Counted from the first letter of the stretch, positions 12,613 to 25,542 are shown. The stretch: 64,000 nt of DNA from Paraspadella gotoi (GCA_051294375.1 CM119270.1:21171775-21235774); one strand, 5' to 3'. The notes: generated from the letters alone by a model not told the origin. Made by a program: numbers and translations.

Positions 12613-14162
12613 TTTTCAGTCGGATCTGCTTATCAGCAGATGCCCGAACTCTAGAGAGCTCTCTATGTCGGTCCGTCGGCGTCCGCCCCTTCAATATCTG
12701 TCGGCACTAACTTATATCATGAGAGACACATCGAATTATGATAAATTATGCAAAAAAAATGATGTCTGTCCGTCTGTCCGTCCGTCCGTCATCCGTCCGT
12801 CCCACCTTAGCAAAAAACACCAATTACTCGTGATTGGATGGATGGATTTAAATAAAATTTTGTGTGTGGATAGGTAAGTGGGTGATTGAGCTGGATATGA
12901 AGTTTCGATGGAATCGTCGGAGTGGTAATGAGAAAAATGGAAAAAACAAAAAAAATATATTACATATTTGAAACACCAATTGCTCATGAGTGGATGGGCT
13001 GAATTGACCTGGAATTTTGTATGTGGGTAGGAAAGTGTGAGATTGAACAGGAAATCAAGTTTTCGATGGAATAGTTTGAGTGGAAATGAGTTTAAATGGA
13101 AAAAACAAAAAACCTGTTTTACGTAATTGAATTATGCTTCTTTTCCTTTCTAAAATTAAATGTATATGCAGTGCAGGATTGTATTAATAAATCAAATAAT
13201 TAATCAGTTAATTAATCAAGTTAGTAAATAATTAAATCAATAATTAATTAAATTAGTCAATCAATCCGTCCATCGGTCGCTCACCTTAGCAAAAAGCTCC
13301 AATAACTCGTGATTGGCTGGTTGGATTGGAATTAAATTTTGTGTGTGGGTAGGAAGTGTGTGTAAGGGCTGGATATAAAGTCTCGATGTGAATCGTGTGA
13401 GTGGAAATTAGTTTAAAATGGAAAAAACATAAAGTCGCATTTGCTAAAATCTTTTTAACTTATTTTAACCAATAAATATTTCTAATTAATCATAATTGAA
13501 TGGATAGATTGAGTTGAAATTTTGGTGTGTGGGTAGGAAAATGTGTGACGAAGCTTGATATAAAGTTTCGGTGGAAACGTACCAGTGGAAAATGAGTTTA
13601 AATGAAAAAAATATGAGTCCACATTTACTTGAATTCTTTTTATTTATTTTAATCCATGATAGATTGAGATGAACTTTGTGAGCTGGTAGGGAAAGTGGGA
13701 GTAAAAAGCGAGATATAAAGTTTTGACGGAATGCAAGTGAAAAAAGATTGCAATTGAAAAAATGATGCAAGTTATATTAAAATCTTTAAAAGCATAAGGA
13801 TCGTCGCAATTGCATAAAAGAGAGAGAGAGAGAGAGAAAGAGGAGAGAGAAAAGAGCAGGGAGAGAGAGAGAGAGAGAGTAGAGTAGAGTGAGAGAGAGA
13901 GAAAGAGAGAGAGAGAGTATGAGAGAGAGAGAGGAGAGAGAGAAGAGAGGAGAAAGAAGACAATAAATAAAATAGAGGATAATTGTTTGTTTTGATAAAA
14001 TATAAACAAAACATTTAATATCTGTCCTGACTCAATTTTAAGGACATCGATGATGACAAGCTGAATATAAATTATAATTAATTATTAAAATTAATTAATT
14101 AATTATTTAATCTATTAATTAATTATCGTAGGCAGATCCGACATTGTTTGCTCAAACTTGTT
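12613..14162 (+). mobile_element. Non-autonomous Helentron-associated element (HINE / DINE-1-like), about 5 central repeat units
   Basis: T-run, then GTCGGATCTGC (12619-12629) with its inverse GCAGATCCGAC (14132-14142). 5' hairpin ATCTGCT-TATC-AGCAGAT; GTCC/GTCT microsatellite at about 12764-12800; units of about 150 bp at 12813, 12971, 13290, 13490 and 13655; 3' hairpin at 14146-14157, then TTGTT. Confidence 0.75.
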
Positions 14163-14410
14163 CCTTCACATCTTATTTTTTCGCGCCTTTTTCAATCACA
14201 ATTTTTGTAATTTTTTAAAAAATATAGATGAGCTAACTGAACCAATTGAAGGTGTTTAAGCAAGACGGCAAACTCGTCTCTTGCTCAATTTGTCCACTTT
14301 ATGAAACCGGCGATATTGACAGGAATGCGTTTTGAGAATTTAATCACGAGATACAAAATTAATTAGGGTTAATAAGTGTTTCTGCCTAATAATTAGAACA
14401 TTTTCTCCAG

Positions 14411-15300
14411 AATTCTAAAGTGAAGTGCCTTACTATATTATTAAACCTATTGGGTTTAGGATCATTTCCATTAATTATTGATCAGTATTTTGACAACCAA
14501 ATATCAAAGAAAAAAAGAAATAAAATCCCAAATAAGTTGTTGAAAAAAACATTTTTTATTACCAACATGGATTTAATTCATAATTTGTTTGAAAGTTTTC
14601 CACAACTGCTGGTAACGATTGCAGGTTCAATTCTTACCTGGACTGGAGCCACAGACTCACTGTGTATCGATTATATATTTCCAAAGGATAATTATATTAC
14701 TTTTTTAATAGCAGGAAAATCTACCGTTTACAGAAAGACACTTACTACAAATCTGTATGAGATGACAAATATCTCTTGCATGTGCAGGGATGAGAAATCC
14801 TATGGTTCGCGACGGATTTTCTGTTCTTGGCCAATTGATCAATCAATATACTATGAATTTGCTTCAATTGCTTCTTCTACTTTTAGTTTGACTAAGTTTG
14901 CCATAGATAATAGACACCAGACTATCTTTCAATCAAACAAATCTGAATTTATCAAAATCATGATAACAGCTGGTTCATTATTAGGCTTATTGCAGGGGCT
15001 TTTTGGAACCTTAACATCATTATATCTGGTTTATATATACTCCCTAAACTTTTGCCTATGGTTTATTTTTTTGGCTCCACTTTCACTGCTCAGGTTATTT
15101 ACATTATCTGAATTGCACTCTTTAGCCAAAAGAATTTTTCATGCAAATGCCAAAAATGTTAAAGTGATGGAAAAGTCTGAGTCACTTAACTTTACATTGC
15201 TCGCTTTTTCAATGTTATGGAGTAGNNNNNNNNNNNNNNNNNNNNNNNNNCATTTTATTTCATTCTTTTTTGCTTTAAAAACTCACGCACATTTTAGCAG
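14411..15300 (+). CDS. XK-related membrane protein paralog B, exon 2 (spans the N gap; its true 3' end is probably the clean copy ending at 18867)
   Basis: Acceptor TTTTCTCCAG| at 14410. Contains LFESFPQLLV (XK hallmark E-S/A-x-P-Q-L) and SIASSTFSL, plus several TM-like segments. Donor GTAAAT at 15301. Confidence 0.75.
15226..15250. other. Assembly gap, exactly 25 N, true length zero
   Basis: The flanks GGAGTAG and CATTTTATT are contiguous in the copies at about 18810-18826 and 2877-2892. Confidence 0.9.
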
Positions 15301-18300
15301 GTAAATCGCATCAGGTTGTTCTTATTTCTTTTGATCATCACAATTGAATAAAATATTTCAGTAATCTTTCAGCTAATCAGTTTATCTTATGTGTATTAAA
15401 TCACCTCGTGGCGACAGCGAGGACAGCATGTTCATGTAGTCCGAGCTTTGGATCTGGCAGTAGGCCCATGCCATACAGGCGGCGTTATCCCAGGTCCATC
15501 CCACTTTCTAACATGACAACCTCAGGGCTCAACCAGGGAGCACATGTGAGAGGCTGCATTAGTCCACTGAGCCACTGAGGCGCCTGCGAAAGATAAACAG
15601 CTTTAATCCATCTGTGGTGATAGGACCACCCAGACAGCCGCCCCCAGGACTCTCGCATATGAGAGTACGAAGCAGGGATGAAGCGCATGTCTCTCCGCTG
15701 AACCTCTCTTCATTCTGGTGGCCTTTTTGAGTGGCAGCTGTGTAGCTCAAACCACATCAAGGGCAGGAGGAGTATTATCATGCCCGGGTTGCGTGTTCGG
15801 GATCACGTCGCGGCTCACCATTGAAGAGGCTGTTTTTACAGGGCGCCACACCCGCACGGAATCACCTCGTGGCGACAGCGAGACAGCATGTCATGTAGTC
15901 CACTGAGCCACTGAGGCGCTGCGAAAGAAACAGCTTTAATCCATCTGTGGTGATAGGACCACCAGACTATAAACATAAGAAATATGGTAAAATCATTATC
16001 CATTCATTCAATAAATAAGCTACATATTGCTGAGCAAACTCATCCCGTCCCATTGGCTTGGACAGCTAAGTACTAGTTCACCAACCGTGAATTTTCGAGT
16101 TCAATCCCCCTCATGGTCTTGTTGGTTAAAGAGTGATGGTGTTCGCATAAACATGCCAGAGACATGGGTGGGTCATTGCAAGTCCAAAACCCTGACCACC
16201 TTCTGTCAGGAGATGCCTCACACCCGCCGGGCATCTCTAATTTCTGCCCCTTGCACTGTCTATAATTTTAAAGCTGGACTTTGTCCAGTGTAATAGTATA
16301 TTTATTATAAACTCAAAGTCAGGAGCAAGATAGCTTATCATGAAATGAATGGATAATTATTATATTGGTTGTACCAATTTCATAAAATTCAGTCCTTCTT
16401 ATTTGATGCTAGTTCGAAGTATAATATAGTATTCCTCGATCAAATACTTAACAGAGTGGCCTTTTCATACAATTTGAAAAAAATTTTTGAAATATTATAC
16501 CACTTCATTGCAGGGAAGCAGGTACTGAAAAACTGAGAAACCAGGTCGATAGGCATAGTGAACCTTTGCAATGCCATGCTTAGACACTGAGACAACCTGG
16601 TGAGAATTTTCTGCTGAAGCAAATCAAACCGTTTTAATGGAGAACCACTAAAATTCCAGACATGGGGTTTGGCAAAATTGATGATGTTCGCCTACCAACG
16701 CTGGTTTTTTTCCTATTTGCGAAATGAAAAGAAAAAACATAATTGCCAGTTATTTTCACGTCCAAGGAATTGTAATAGAAACAATACAAATCGATAACTA
16801 TTAATTTTGAAAATAAGCAGAAACATTATTATATTTATAGTAAAATAAAACCAAAATACTTCATTACTTCGTTATCTAAAACTTGGCAACTACATGGCTT
16901 TAAATCGACTCATGACTGTTCAATTGGCGATAGTTTTGGTGGATATTCTCTTGGCTTCTTTTTATTTCTACTTTATTGCAATTTAAAGAGACCACTTTCA
17001 AAATGGTTTACTGTTTTTTGGCTCAATTATTTACCGCAATACTCTTAATATGTAAATCTTTACTGGTACACTTATCATTGCAATTTGCAGTATTTGTTAC
17101 AAAAAAAAGAAGCATTTGATAAATTTACCCTTTTTCAAGTTAAAAATAAAAACACCTTTGACTTTATACAGAAAATTAATCCTCAAAAGGATGCGAGTGA
17201 ATTCCCAGCATTCTGTTAACAATTTGGGAACCTCTATGCCAATTTGTTTGGAATAGTAATTGTAGCATTTTAGTCAAACTGACTGGAGAAAGTGTTTTTT
17301 TGGTTAGAATCCTGGTTGACCAAGAGTTGTTCTTCTTTCAATTATTCACTTGGTCCTTCCTCTTCATCGATTCACCAAAAGTCATATGGAGAATTCTGCC
17401 TTCTCAAAATTTGCCGAATTGTGTTCAATTGCAAAATCACCGATTGTGAAATTGGAATCCATGCTAATCTTCATCGAATTGGATTCGAAACGTTTCTTTA
17501 TTTAACTAAAAATTTTTCTCGTCTTTTTAACGTGTATCACTTTTTCCAATGGTAAAGTTATCAGCCTTTTGTTGGTAAAAAGGCACCAATTTGTAAGTTT
17601 TATCATCAAGATTGTTTTTATCATTGGATTCATTTTGATATCTGCATGGACCAAGGAAAGCAGAGCAATTTCAAGAACGGCGAGTGGTGTGCTAAGAACG
17701 TTGATAAGAATTCCGCTTAAACGAATGTACGGCGAAGGTTTGGAGACTCTGGAAATGGCACAACCCGTGATTATGGAGTTCTTTAAGTTAGTCAGAGATT
17801 GTCAATTGTATTGAAGAAGATTGTGCGTCCAGGTTGGGCAAGAAAAAAAACCTCGTAATGTGGACAATGGAATATTTTCCATATTTGGCCCAAGAAGCGA
17901 TGGAAGAGATAAAGATGAGATCAAGAAATAATAGAGGGAGATTGGATTAACTTCTTATTGTTATTCCATTTCTATTTTTTATAATCAATGAATAAATTTA
18001 GGCAAATTAAATATTTATTCATGTGTATTGGGGCGGGCCAAAATCGATCGATTTTACATGGTGACAATCTTACAAGCGCCGGTAGAAATACGCTGTCAAC
18101 ATGCAAACCAGTGGTTATTAATTTATTTTAAAAATTAGTTAAGTAGAAAATACTAAAAACCATTTGTGTTAAAATTTTATATTGATCAGTAAGATATGCC
18201 TTGACAATGAGTGGAGAAATTTGGCTTTTCAAATCGGGTTTAATTTTCTATCACTTTTTAAATTCAACTCATGAAAAAGCCTGAGAAAAAAGGATTTAAG

Positions 18301-18801
18301 ATAGCCAAATCACAACTTGATAAAAATCATAAATTTACTCTCCAGCTATTGATTTTTAAAAAGATGTCTCGTTTTTGAGTATCCTAATTAAATTAAAGCT
18401 GGGCCGTTAAATTTATACTACAGTATTCGTAAGTACGTCCTTCTCTTTAGATTTGAAAGGGCTTTCAGAAAGATAATAATATAATATTATTTTATTTCAA
18501 ATTGTTCAGAAAACTTACTGAAAGTAAGAAAAAAAAATTAAATCTAAAAAAAGTTAGTTTTTAAAAATTAAAGACAATTTTCATATCCATCTTCCTGTTA
18601 TCATTGCTGAGGCATATCAATGTCGATTCCTGGTCAAATATATATAAATAGTTTGGGTTTTTACTTTTAAATTCATATTTAATAATAAAAAAAATCATGC
18701 ATGGGTTTGCAAATGACAACGTTTTTCTACCGGCGCTTGTAAAAGTGCACCATGTATAATTCTAGTTCTTTCCAGAGAAGTAGCATCTCTCTTCTTGTTT
18801 G
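15251..18801 (+). other. Indel-rich tandem duplicate of 18817-21780 (intron, terminal exon and MITE of paralog B); probable false duplication
   Basis: Collinear with the clean downstream copy; differences are mostly 1-nt indels. Begins exactly at the 25-N gap. Confidence 0.8.
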
Positions 18802-18867
18802 AATGTTATGGAGTAGCATTTTATTTTCATTCTTTTTTGCTTTAAAAACTCACGCACATTTTAGCAG
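18802..18867 (+). CDS. Clean 3' end of paralog B exon 2 (MLWSSILFSFFFALKTHAHFS)
   Basis: In-frame continuation across the gap; donor AG|GTAAAT at 18868, phase 2. Confidence 0.65.
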
Positions 18868-19055
18868 GTAAATCGCATCAGGTTGTTCTTATTCCTTTTG
18901 ATCACAATTGAATAAAATATTTCCAGTAATCTTTCAGCTAATCAGTTATCTTATGTGTATTAAATAATTAATAAACTATAAACATAAGAAATAGGTAAAA
19001 TCATTATCCATTCATTCAATAAATAAGCTACATATTGCTGAGCAAAACTCAGCCC

Positions 19056-19260
19056 GTCCCATTGGCTTGGACAGCTAAGTACTAGTTCACCAACCGTGAA
19101 TTTCGAGTTCAATCCCCTCATGGTCTTGTTGGTTAAAGAGTGATGGTGTTCGCATAAACATGCCAGAGACATGGGTGGGTCATTGCAAGTCCAAAACCCT
19201 GACCACCTTCTGTCAGGAGATGCCTCACACCCCGGGCATCTCTAATTTCTGCCCCTTGCC
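19056..19260 (+). mobile_element. tRNA-like SINE in an intron of paralog B (duplicate at about 16047)
   Basis: A-box-like TGGCTTGGACAG and B-box GAGTTCAATCC (19105-19115) at tRNA-like spacing. I could not fold a complete cloverleaf. Confidence 0.5.
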
Positions 19261-19845
19261 ACTGTCTATAATTTTAAAGCTGGACTTTGTCAGTGTAATA
19301 GTATATTTATTATAAACTCAAAGTCAGGAGCAAGATAGCTTATTCATGAAATGAATGGATAATTATTATATTGGTTGTACCAATTTCATAAAATTCAGCT
19401 CCTTTCTATTTTGATGCTAGTTCGAAGTATAATATAGTATTCCTCGATCTAATACTTAACAGAGTGGCCTTTTCATACAATTGAAAAAATTTTTGAAATA
19501 TTATACCACTTCATTGCGAGGGAAGCCAGGTACTGAAAAACTGAGAAACCAGGTCGATAGGCATAGTGAACCTTTGCAATGCCATGCTTTAGACACTGAA
19601 CAACCTGGTGAGAATTTTCTGCTGAAGCAAATCAAACCGTTTTAATGGGAAACCACTAAAATTCCAGACATGGGGTTTGGCAAAATTGATTGATGTTCGC
19701 CTACCAACGCTGGTTTTTTCCTATTTGCGAAATGAAAAAAAAACATAATTGCCAGTTATTTTCACGTCCAAGGAATTGTAATGAAACAATACAAATCGAT
19801 AACTATTAATTTTGAAAATAAGCAGAAACATTATTATATTTATAG

Positions 19846-21004
19846 TAAAATAAAACCAAATACTTCATTACTTCGTTATCTAAAACTTGGCAACTACATG
19901 GCTTTAAATCCGACTCATGACGTTCAATTGGCAATAGTTTTGGTGGATATTCTCTTGGCTTCTTTTTATTTCTACTTTATTGCCAATTTAAAGAGACCAC
20001 TTTCAAAATGGTTTACTGTTTTTTTGGCTCAATTATTTACCGCAATACTCTTATATGTAAATCTTTACTGGTACACTTATCATTGCAATTTGCAGTATTT
20101 GTTACAAAAAAAAGAAAAGCATTTGATAAATTTACCCTTTTTCAAGTTAAAAATAAAAACACCTTTGACTTTTATACAGAAAATTAACCTCAAAAGGATG
20201 CGATGGAATTCCCAGCATTCTGTTAACAAATTTGGGAACCTCTATGCCAATTTTTTTGGAATAGTAATTGTAGCATTTTTAGTCAAACTGACTAGAAAAG
20301 TATTTTTTGGTTGTAATCCTGGTTGGACCAAGATTGTTCTTCTTTCAATTATTCACTTGGTTCCTCCTCTTTCCATCGGATTCACCAAAAGTCATATGGA
20401 GAATTCTGCCTTCTCAAAATTTGCCGAATTGTGTTCAATTGCAAAAATCACCGATTGTGAAAATTTGGAATCCATGCTTAATCTTCATCGAAATTGGATT
20501 CGAAACTTTCTTTATTTAACTAAAAATTTTTCTCTCTTTTTAACTGTATCACTTTTTCCAATGGTAAAGTTTATCAGCCTTTTGTTGGTAAAAAGGCACC
20601 AATTTGTAAGTTTTATCATCAAGATTGTTTTTATCATTGGATTCATTTTGATATCTGCATGGACCAAGGAAAGCAGAGCAATTTCAAGAACGGCGAGTGG
20701 TTGGCTAAAGAACGTTGATAAGAATTCCCTTAAACGAATGTACCGCGAAGGTTTGGAGACTCTGGAAATGGCACAACCCGTGATTATGGAGTTCTTTAAG
20801 TTAGTCAGAGATTGTCATTTTATTGAAGAAGATTGTCGTCCAGGTTGGGCAAAGAAAAAACCTCGTAATGTGACAATGGAATATTTTCCATATTTGGCCC
20901 AAGAAGCGATGGAAGAGATAAAGATGAGATCAAGAAATAATAGAGGAGATTGGATTAACCTTCTTATTGTTATTCCATTTCTATTTTTTATAATCAATGA
21001 ATAA
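19846..21004 (+). CDS. XK-related membrane protein paralog B, terminal exon
   Basis: Clean 407-aa ORF closely similar to paralog A, with both synonymous and conservative changes. Phase-2 acceptor TTTATAG| at 19845. The joined protein would be roughly 750 aa. Confidence 0.7.
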
Positions 21005-21065
21005 ATTTAGGCAAATTAAATATTTATACATGTGTATTGGGGCGGGCCAAAATCGATCGATTTTA

Positions 21066-21761
21066 CATGGTGACAATCTTACAAGCGCCGGTAGAAATAC
21101 GCTGTCACATGCAAACCAGTGGTTATTTAATTTATTTTAAAAATTAGTTAAGTAGAAAATACTAAAACCATTTGTGTTAAAATTTTATATTGATCAGTTA
21201 AGATATGCCTTGACAATGAGTGGAGAAATTTGGCTTTTCAAATCGGGTTTAATTTTCTATCACTTTTTAAATTCAACTCATGAAAAAGCCTGAGAAAAAA
21301 GGATTTAAGATAGCCAATCACAACTTGATAAAAATCATAAATTTACTCTCCAGCTATTGATTTTTAAAAAGATGTCTCGTTTTTGAGTATCCTAATTAAA
21401 TTAAAGCTGGGCCAGTTAAATTTTATACTACAGTATTCGTAAGTACGTCCTTCTCTTTAGATTTGAAAGGGCTTTCAGAAAATAATAATATAATATTATT
21501 TTATTTCAAATTTGTTCAGAAAACTTACTGAAAGTAAGAAAAAAAAATTAAATCTAAAAAAAGTTAGTTTAAAAATTAAAGACAATTTTCATATCCATCT
21601 TCCTGTTATCATTGCTGAGGCATATCAATGTCGATTCTGATCAAATATATATAAATAGTTTGGGTTTTTACTTTTAAATTCATATTTAATAATAAAAAAA
21701 ATCATCATGGGTTTGCAAATGACAACGTTTTTCTACCGGCGCTTGTAAAATTGTCACCATG
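21066..21761. mobile_element. MITE of 696 bp with imperfect TIRs of about 50 bp and TA target-site duplication (Tc1/mariner-type); duplicate at 18057-18754
   Basis: TA|CATGGTGACAATCTTACAAGCGCCGGTAGAAA at the left end and TTTCTACCGGCGCTTGTAAAATTGTCACCATG|TA at the right end; no internal ORF. Confidence 0.85.
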
Positions 21762-22615
21762 TATAAATTCTAGTTCTCTCCAAAATTACTAAATTGATTT
21801 TCAATACAACTTTTTAAATTAGTTCATTGGGTTGTTCCACTGAAGCTTTTAAATATTTATTAATATATAATAAATGACAAAAAAATTTTTTTGAATATTA
21901 TTTTTTAAGATCGGATTCCTATAAAGCTTAAAATGTTAAATAAAAGTTAGTACTATAATTTTTAAAATTTTGACAATAAATTGGTTAAAAATTTTAAAAA
22001 CCTTAAAAAATCATCATCATCATTATTAATTGGATTTTATAGGTTTTAAAAATTTATATCAATAAAATAAAAAAAAATTAAAAAGTTGTAATAATAACCT
22101 TTATCTAACTTTTAAAGCTCTTTCAGAATCTATTAAAAAATTTGAAAAATTTTTTAAAAAATTTAAACTTTATATACGTAGTAATAAAATAATTTTTGAA
22201 TGCTTCCGTGCGCTTATCACAAGACAAATTTTAAAAATTATTTTCATTTTCATATTCTCTCACGATCACTTTACTTCTAGTTTTCACCCTGTTCCGGCCT
22301 AATTCTCTTTTATTGATGAAAATATTATATTCGATTAATCAATTTAATTTACTCACTACATCAAAAATCTGACTGCGGTTTAAATTTACTGCATTATAAA
22401 TCTCACTTCACTTCAAATCTCCCTGAACTTTTTATCTCACTGCACATTAAATCTCCCTGAACGTTTTATCTCATTGCACATTAAATCTCCCTGAACTTTT
22501 TATCTCACTTCACTTCAAATCTCCTTTCACTTTAAATCTCACAGTGGTTCAAGTTTTGCTGCTCATTTTGCTGATGAGATGAGAGTTGGTCGACCTTTTT
22601 CGGTTGTGGGTCATA

Positions 22616-22674
<59 letters not shown>

Positions 22675-23392
22675 GCCATAATTCTTCGTCAGCCGAAGAT
22701 TCTCTTTCCTTTAAAAATCAGAAAAATTAGTATCGTGAAAGTTGTTGTTGTTTATGTCTAATGAAGATTCTAAAAAAGAATCTATTCATTAATCAGTAAT
22801 AATAAGATTTTCAAAAAATGTATTGTTAAGTCTCATGACAATCTATAATATTTAGGTAAGTTAAAATTTAGTCCTTTTATTGGGAATCGACTCTAACGTT
22901 TCCAAATGAAACTCGGTCTAAACTGCGCTTTTGTTTTCCTCCCAATCGTATTTTAGAAAATAAAAGTCCGACTTCTTTGAATGCTTTGACAAATATCACA
23001 CATATCATACATATGTTACACTTATTAACATAGCCTGTCCAAAGTCAGGGGTAAATTAGCTTCTGTATTAAATTAATGGATAACTTTTATATTGGTTGTA
23101 CCAATTTTATATGTTTGAGTAAAAAACACTTAATGCCCTAAAACTTTTGTTTACTTCGGTCGATGCGTCCCGCCCTCTGTTGACAGAAGCTAAATACAGA
23201 GTGTAAACAAAGTCGAATCGTCTGAGTCGATTTAATATAAGTTGGTTTCTGTATTCTAGATATATGACAATAATAGAAACAAATTCACAATAATAAAAAT
23301 AACTATCATAATAAATAATCTTTAAAAAAAAATTAAATTACATTTAATCCTTAAATCCGGAAAACGAGCGATGTTTATTCGCTTTTCCTTAC

Positions 23393-23457
<65 letters not shown>

Positions 23458-23569
23458 CCCCCTCTTACCATTAATCCCTTCTCCGCATGAGAGGGAATCA
23501 TAAACTTAATTATATATATTTTTTCATAGAACGGATATTAGAATAAAATTATATCACTTTTTTTTCTCT

Positions 23570-23600
<31 letters not shown>

Positions 23601-24952
23601 AACAACATCGCGTCTGACGACAGCCTTTCAAGTCGAGTCAAGTCTGACGACCGCGACGCGACGAACAAGTTGAAGGTATAGCGCCGCTTTCACATTATTG
23701 AATTAAATTGTTGTCTTATGGTTTATTATTTATATATATATATATGTAGAATCAATTAAAATAACCCAGTAAGAAGAAAAAAAGAAGTAAAATTGACGAG
23801 ATGGCATTTTTAGGTAGTTTTATTAGTTAAATAGTAAATAAATTAAAATGTATAAAAATTTTTTTAATTTATCAAGAATCAGTTTCAATTATTTAGTTTT
23901 ACATATAAATAATATGGGTAAAAAAGTAACTTGGTATAACACATTATAACCAAAGATTAGTATTAACTATTAACTAAACATTCAAAACATAAGACACATA
24001 AACCGACAGATGAACGGACGGATCGACCGACCAAAAAGTGACTTTTTCCGCGTTGCCAAAAAAAAACCTAAAGTTTGATCTAAATTGATCGTAAAATTTA
24101 ACTCGAGATGAAATATAAAGGAAGATGTTACAAGACAGCAACCGCCATTTTTGTCAAATACCAGGGCGTCGGGCGTCGAGACAAAAAAGCCCGACTAGTC
24201 TGCCCGACAGGCGCGTCGTCTTCCGTCTTTGAAGCGTCGGGTCTAAACTGTCGGGTAAAACTTGTCGGCGAAAAGTGTGTGTGTGTGTGTGTGTGTTCAA
24301 AGATCTACCCTTGTGTGGCGATGGGCGAGTTATTTTTATTATTAAGGCGGATTAGAAATAATTCATTTTTTATCATCGAGTTTTGTAAAACAAATTTTTG
24401 TATAAAAAAAATAATTAAATACTTAAATAAACATTACAAAATTGAAGCATAAACAATAAAAATGAAAATGTCATTTTTTGACTCAATCAGAATTATTGAA
24501 AATTATCAGAATTATTAAAAATAATCCGAATTATAATAAAATATCAAAAATTATCAGAAAACAAAAATTATTAGAAATTATCTTAATTATTTAAAACTCT
24601 TTTTAAATAAAAAAAATTTTTATAAAAAAAAAAGATAAATCTAAACCTTTTTACTCTTATAAGCTTACCTTTTCTCGATAATTTTTTAATTATATCGATT
24701 ATGTGGAGTAATTATATATATATATAATTATAATTATATTATAAGCAGTAATTTTTGAAAACGAGTTCGACTTCAAATTTCATCATAATTTTCTTGTCGG
24801 TCAAATTTTCGCCTCAAGTAAATCATTTTCGTCGCGCGAACAAAATTTTCAACTTTTATTTATTTTCTTTCTTTTTTTCCTTTTTTTATGCAAAATTACT
24901 TTTTTTTCTTTTTATCGGGGCGCCGCGAAAAATATTTATAGGCCTGAAGTTT

Positions 24953-25033
<81 letters not shown>

Positions 25034-25255
25034 GTCACCATTTTGGAGGGAGACTAAAAAATTTTGACGATTAGATTTTGATCGCAGAATCGTGGGACAT
25101 CGAGAGAGAGAGAAAAAAATAAGAATTTTTATGATATTTTAATGTTTATGACAGAAGAGACCGTAACTCCCTGTATCTCTAAATACTGACTCATCTGATG
25201 AACTATCCAATGATAGATAGAAAGAGTAAGACGGGAGGAAGGGAGGGGGAGAGGG

Positions 25256-25290
<35 letters not shown>

Positions 25291-25542
25291 AGGAGAGAGA
25301 AGAGAGAGAGAGAGAGAGAGAAGAAAGAGAAAATAGGTTGGTCGAGATTCTAGAAATGGATTTGGAATTTTTTTTCTTTAAAACATCGTCAATTCTCACT
25401 CTCCTCCTCTTTCTCTCTCCTCTTCTCTCCTCTATTTCCTCCCCTTTTCCGCTGCCCCGCCGATTTCTCTGAGGTCAACCCGGCAAAAGGCGAGAGTTCG
25501 GGTCAGCGGCTCCCCTCTTCTCTCTCTTTTTCTCTCTCCTCT

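Noticed and set aside
19056-19125. Functional tRNA gene
   Set aside because: A B box is present, but I could not fold acceptor and anticodon stems, and the copies are divergent and share a longer body, as expected for a SINE.
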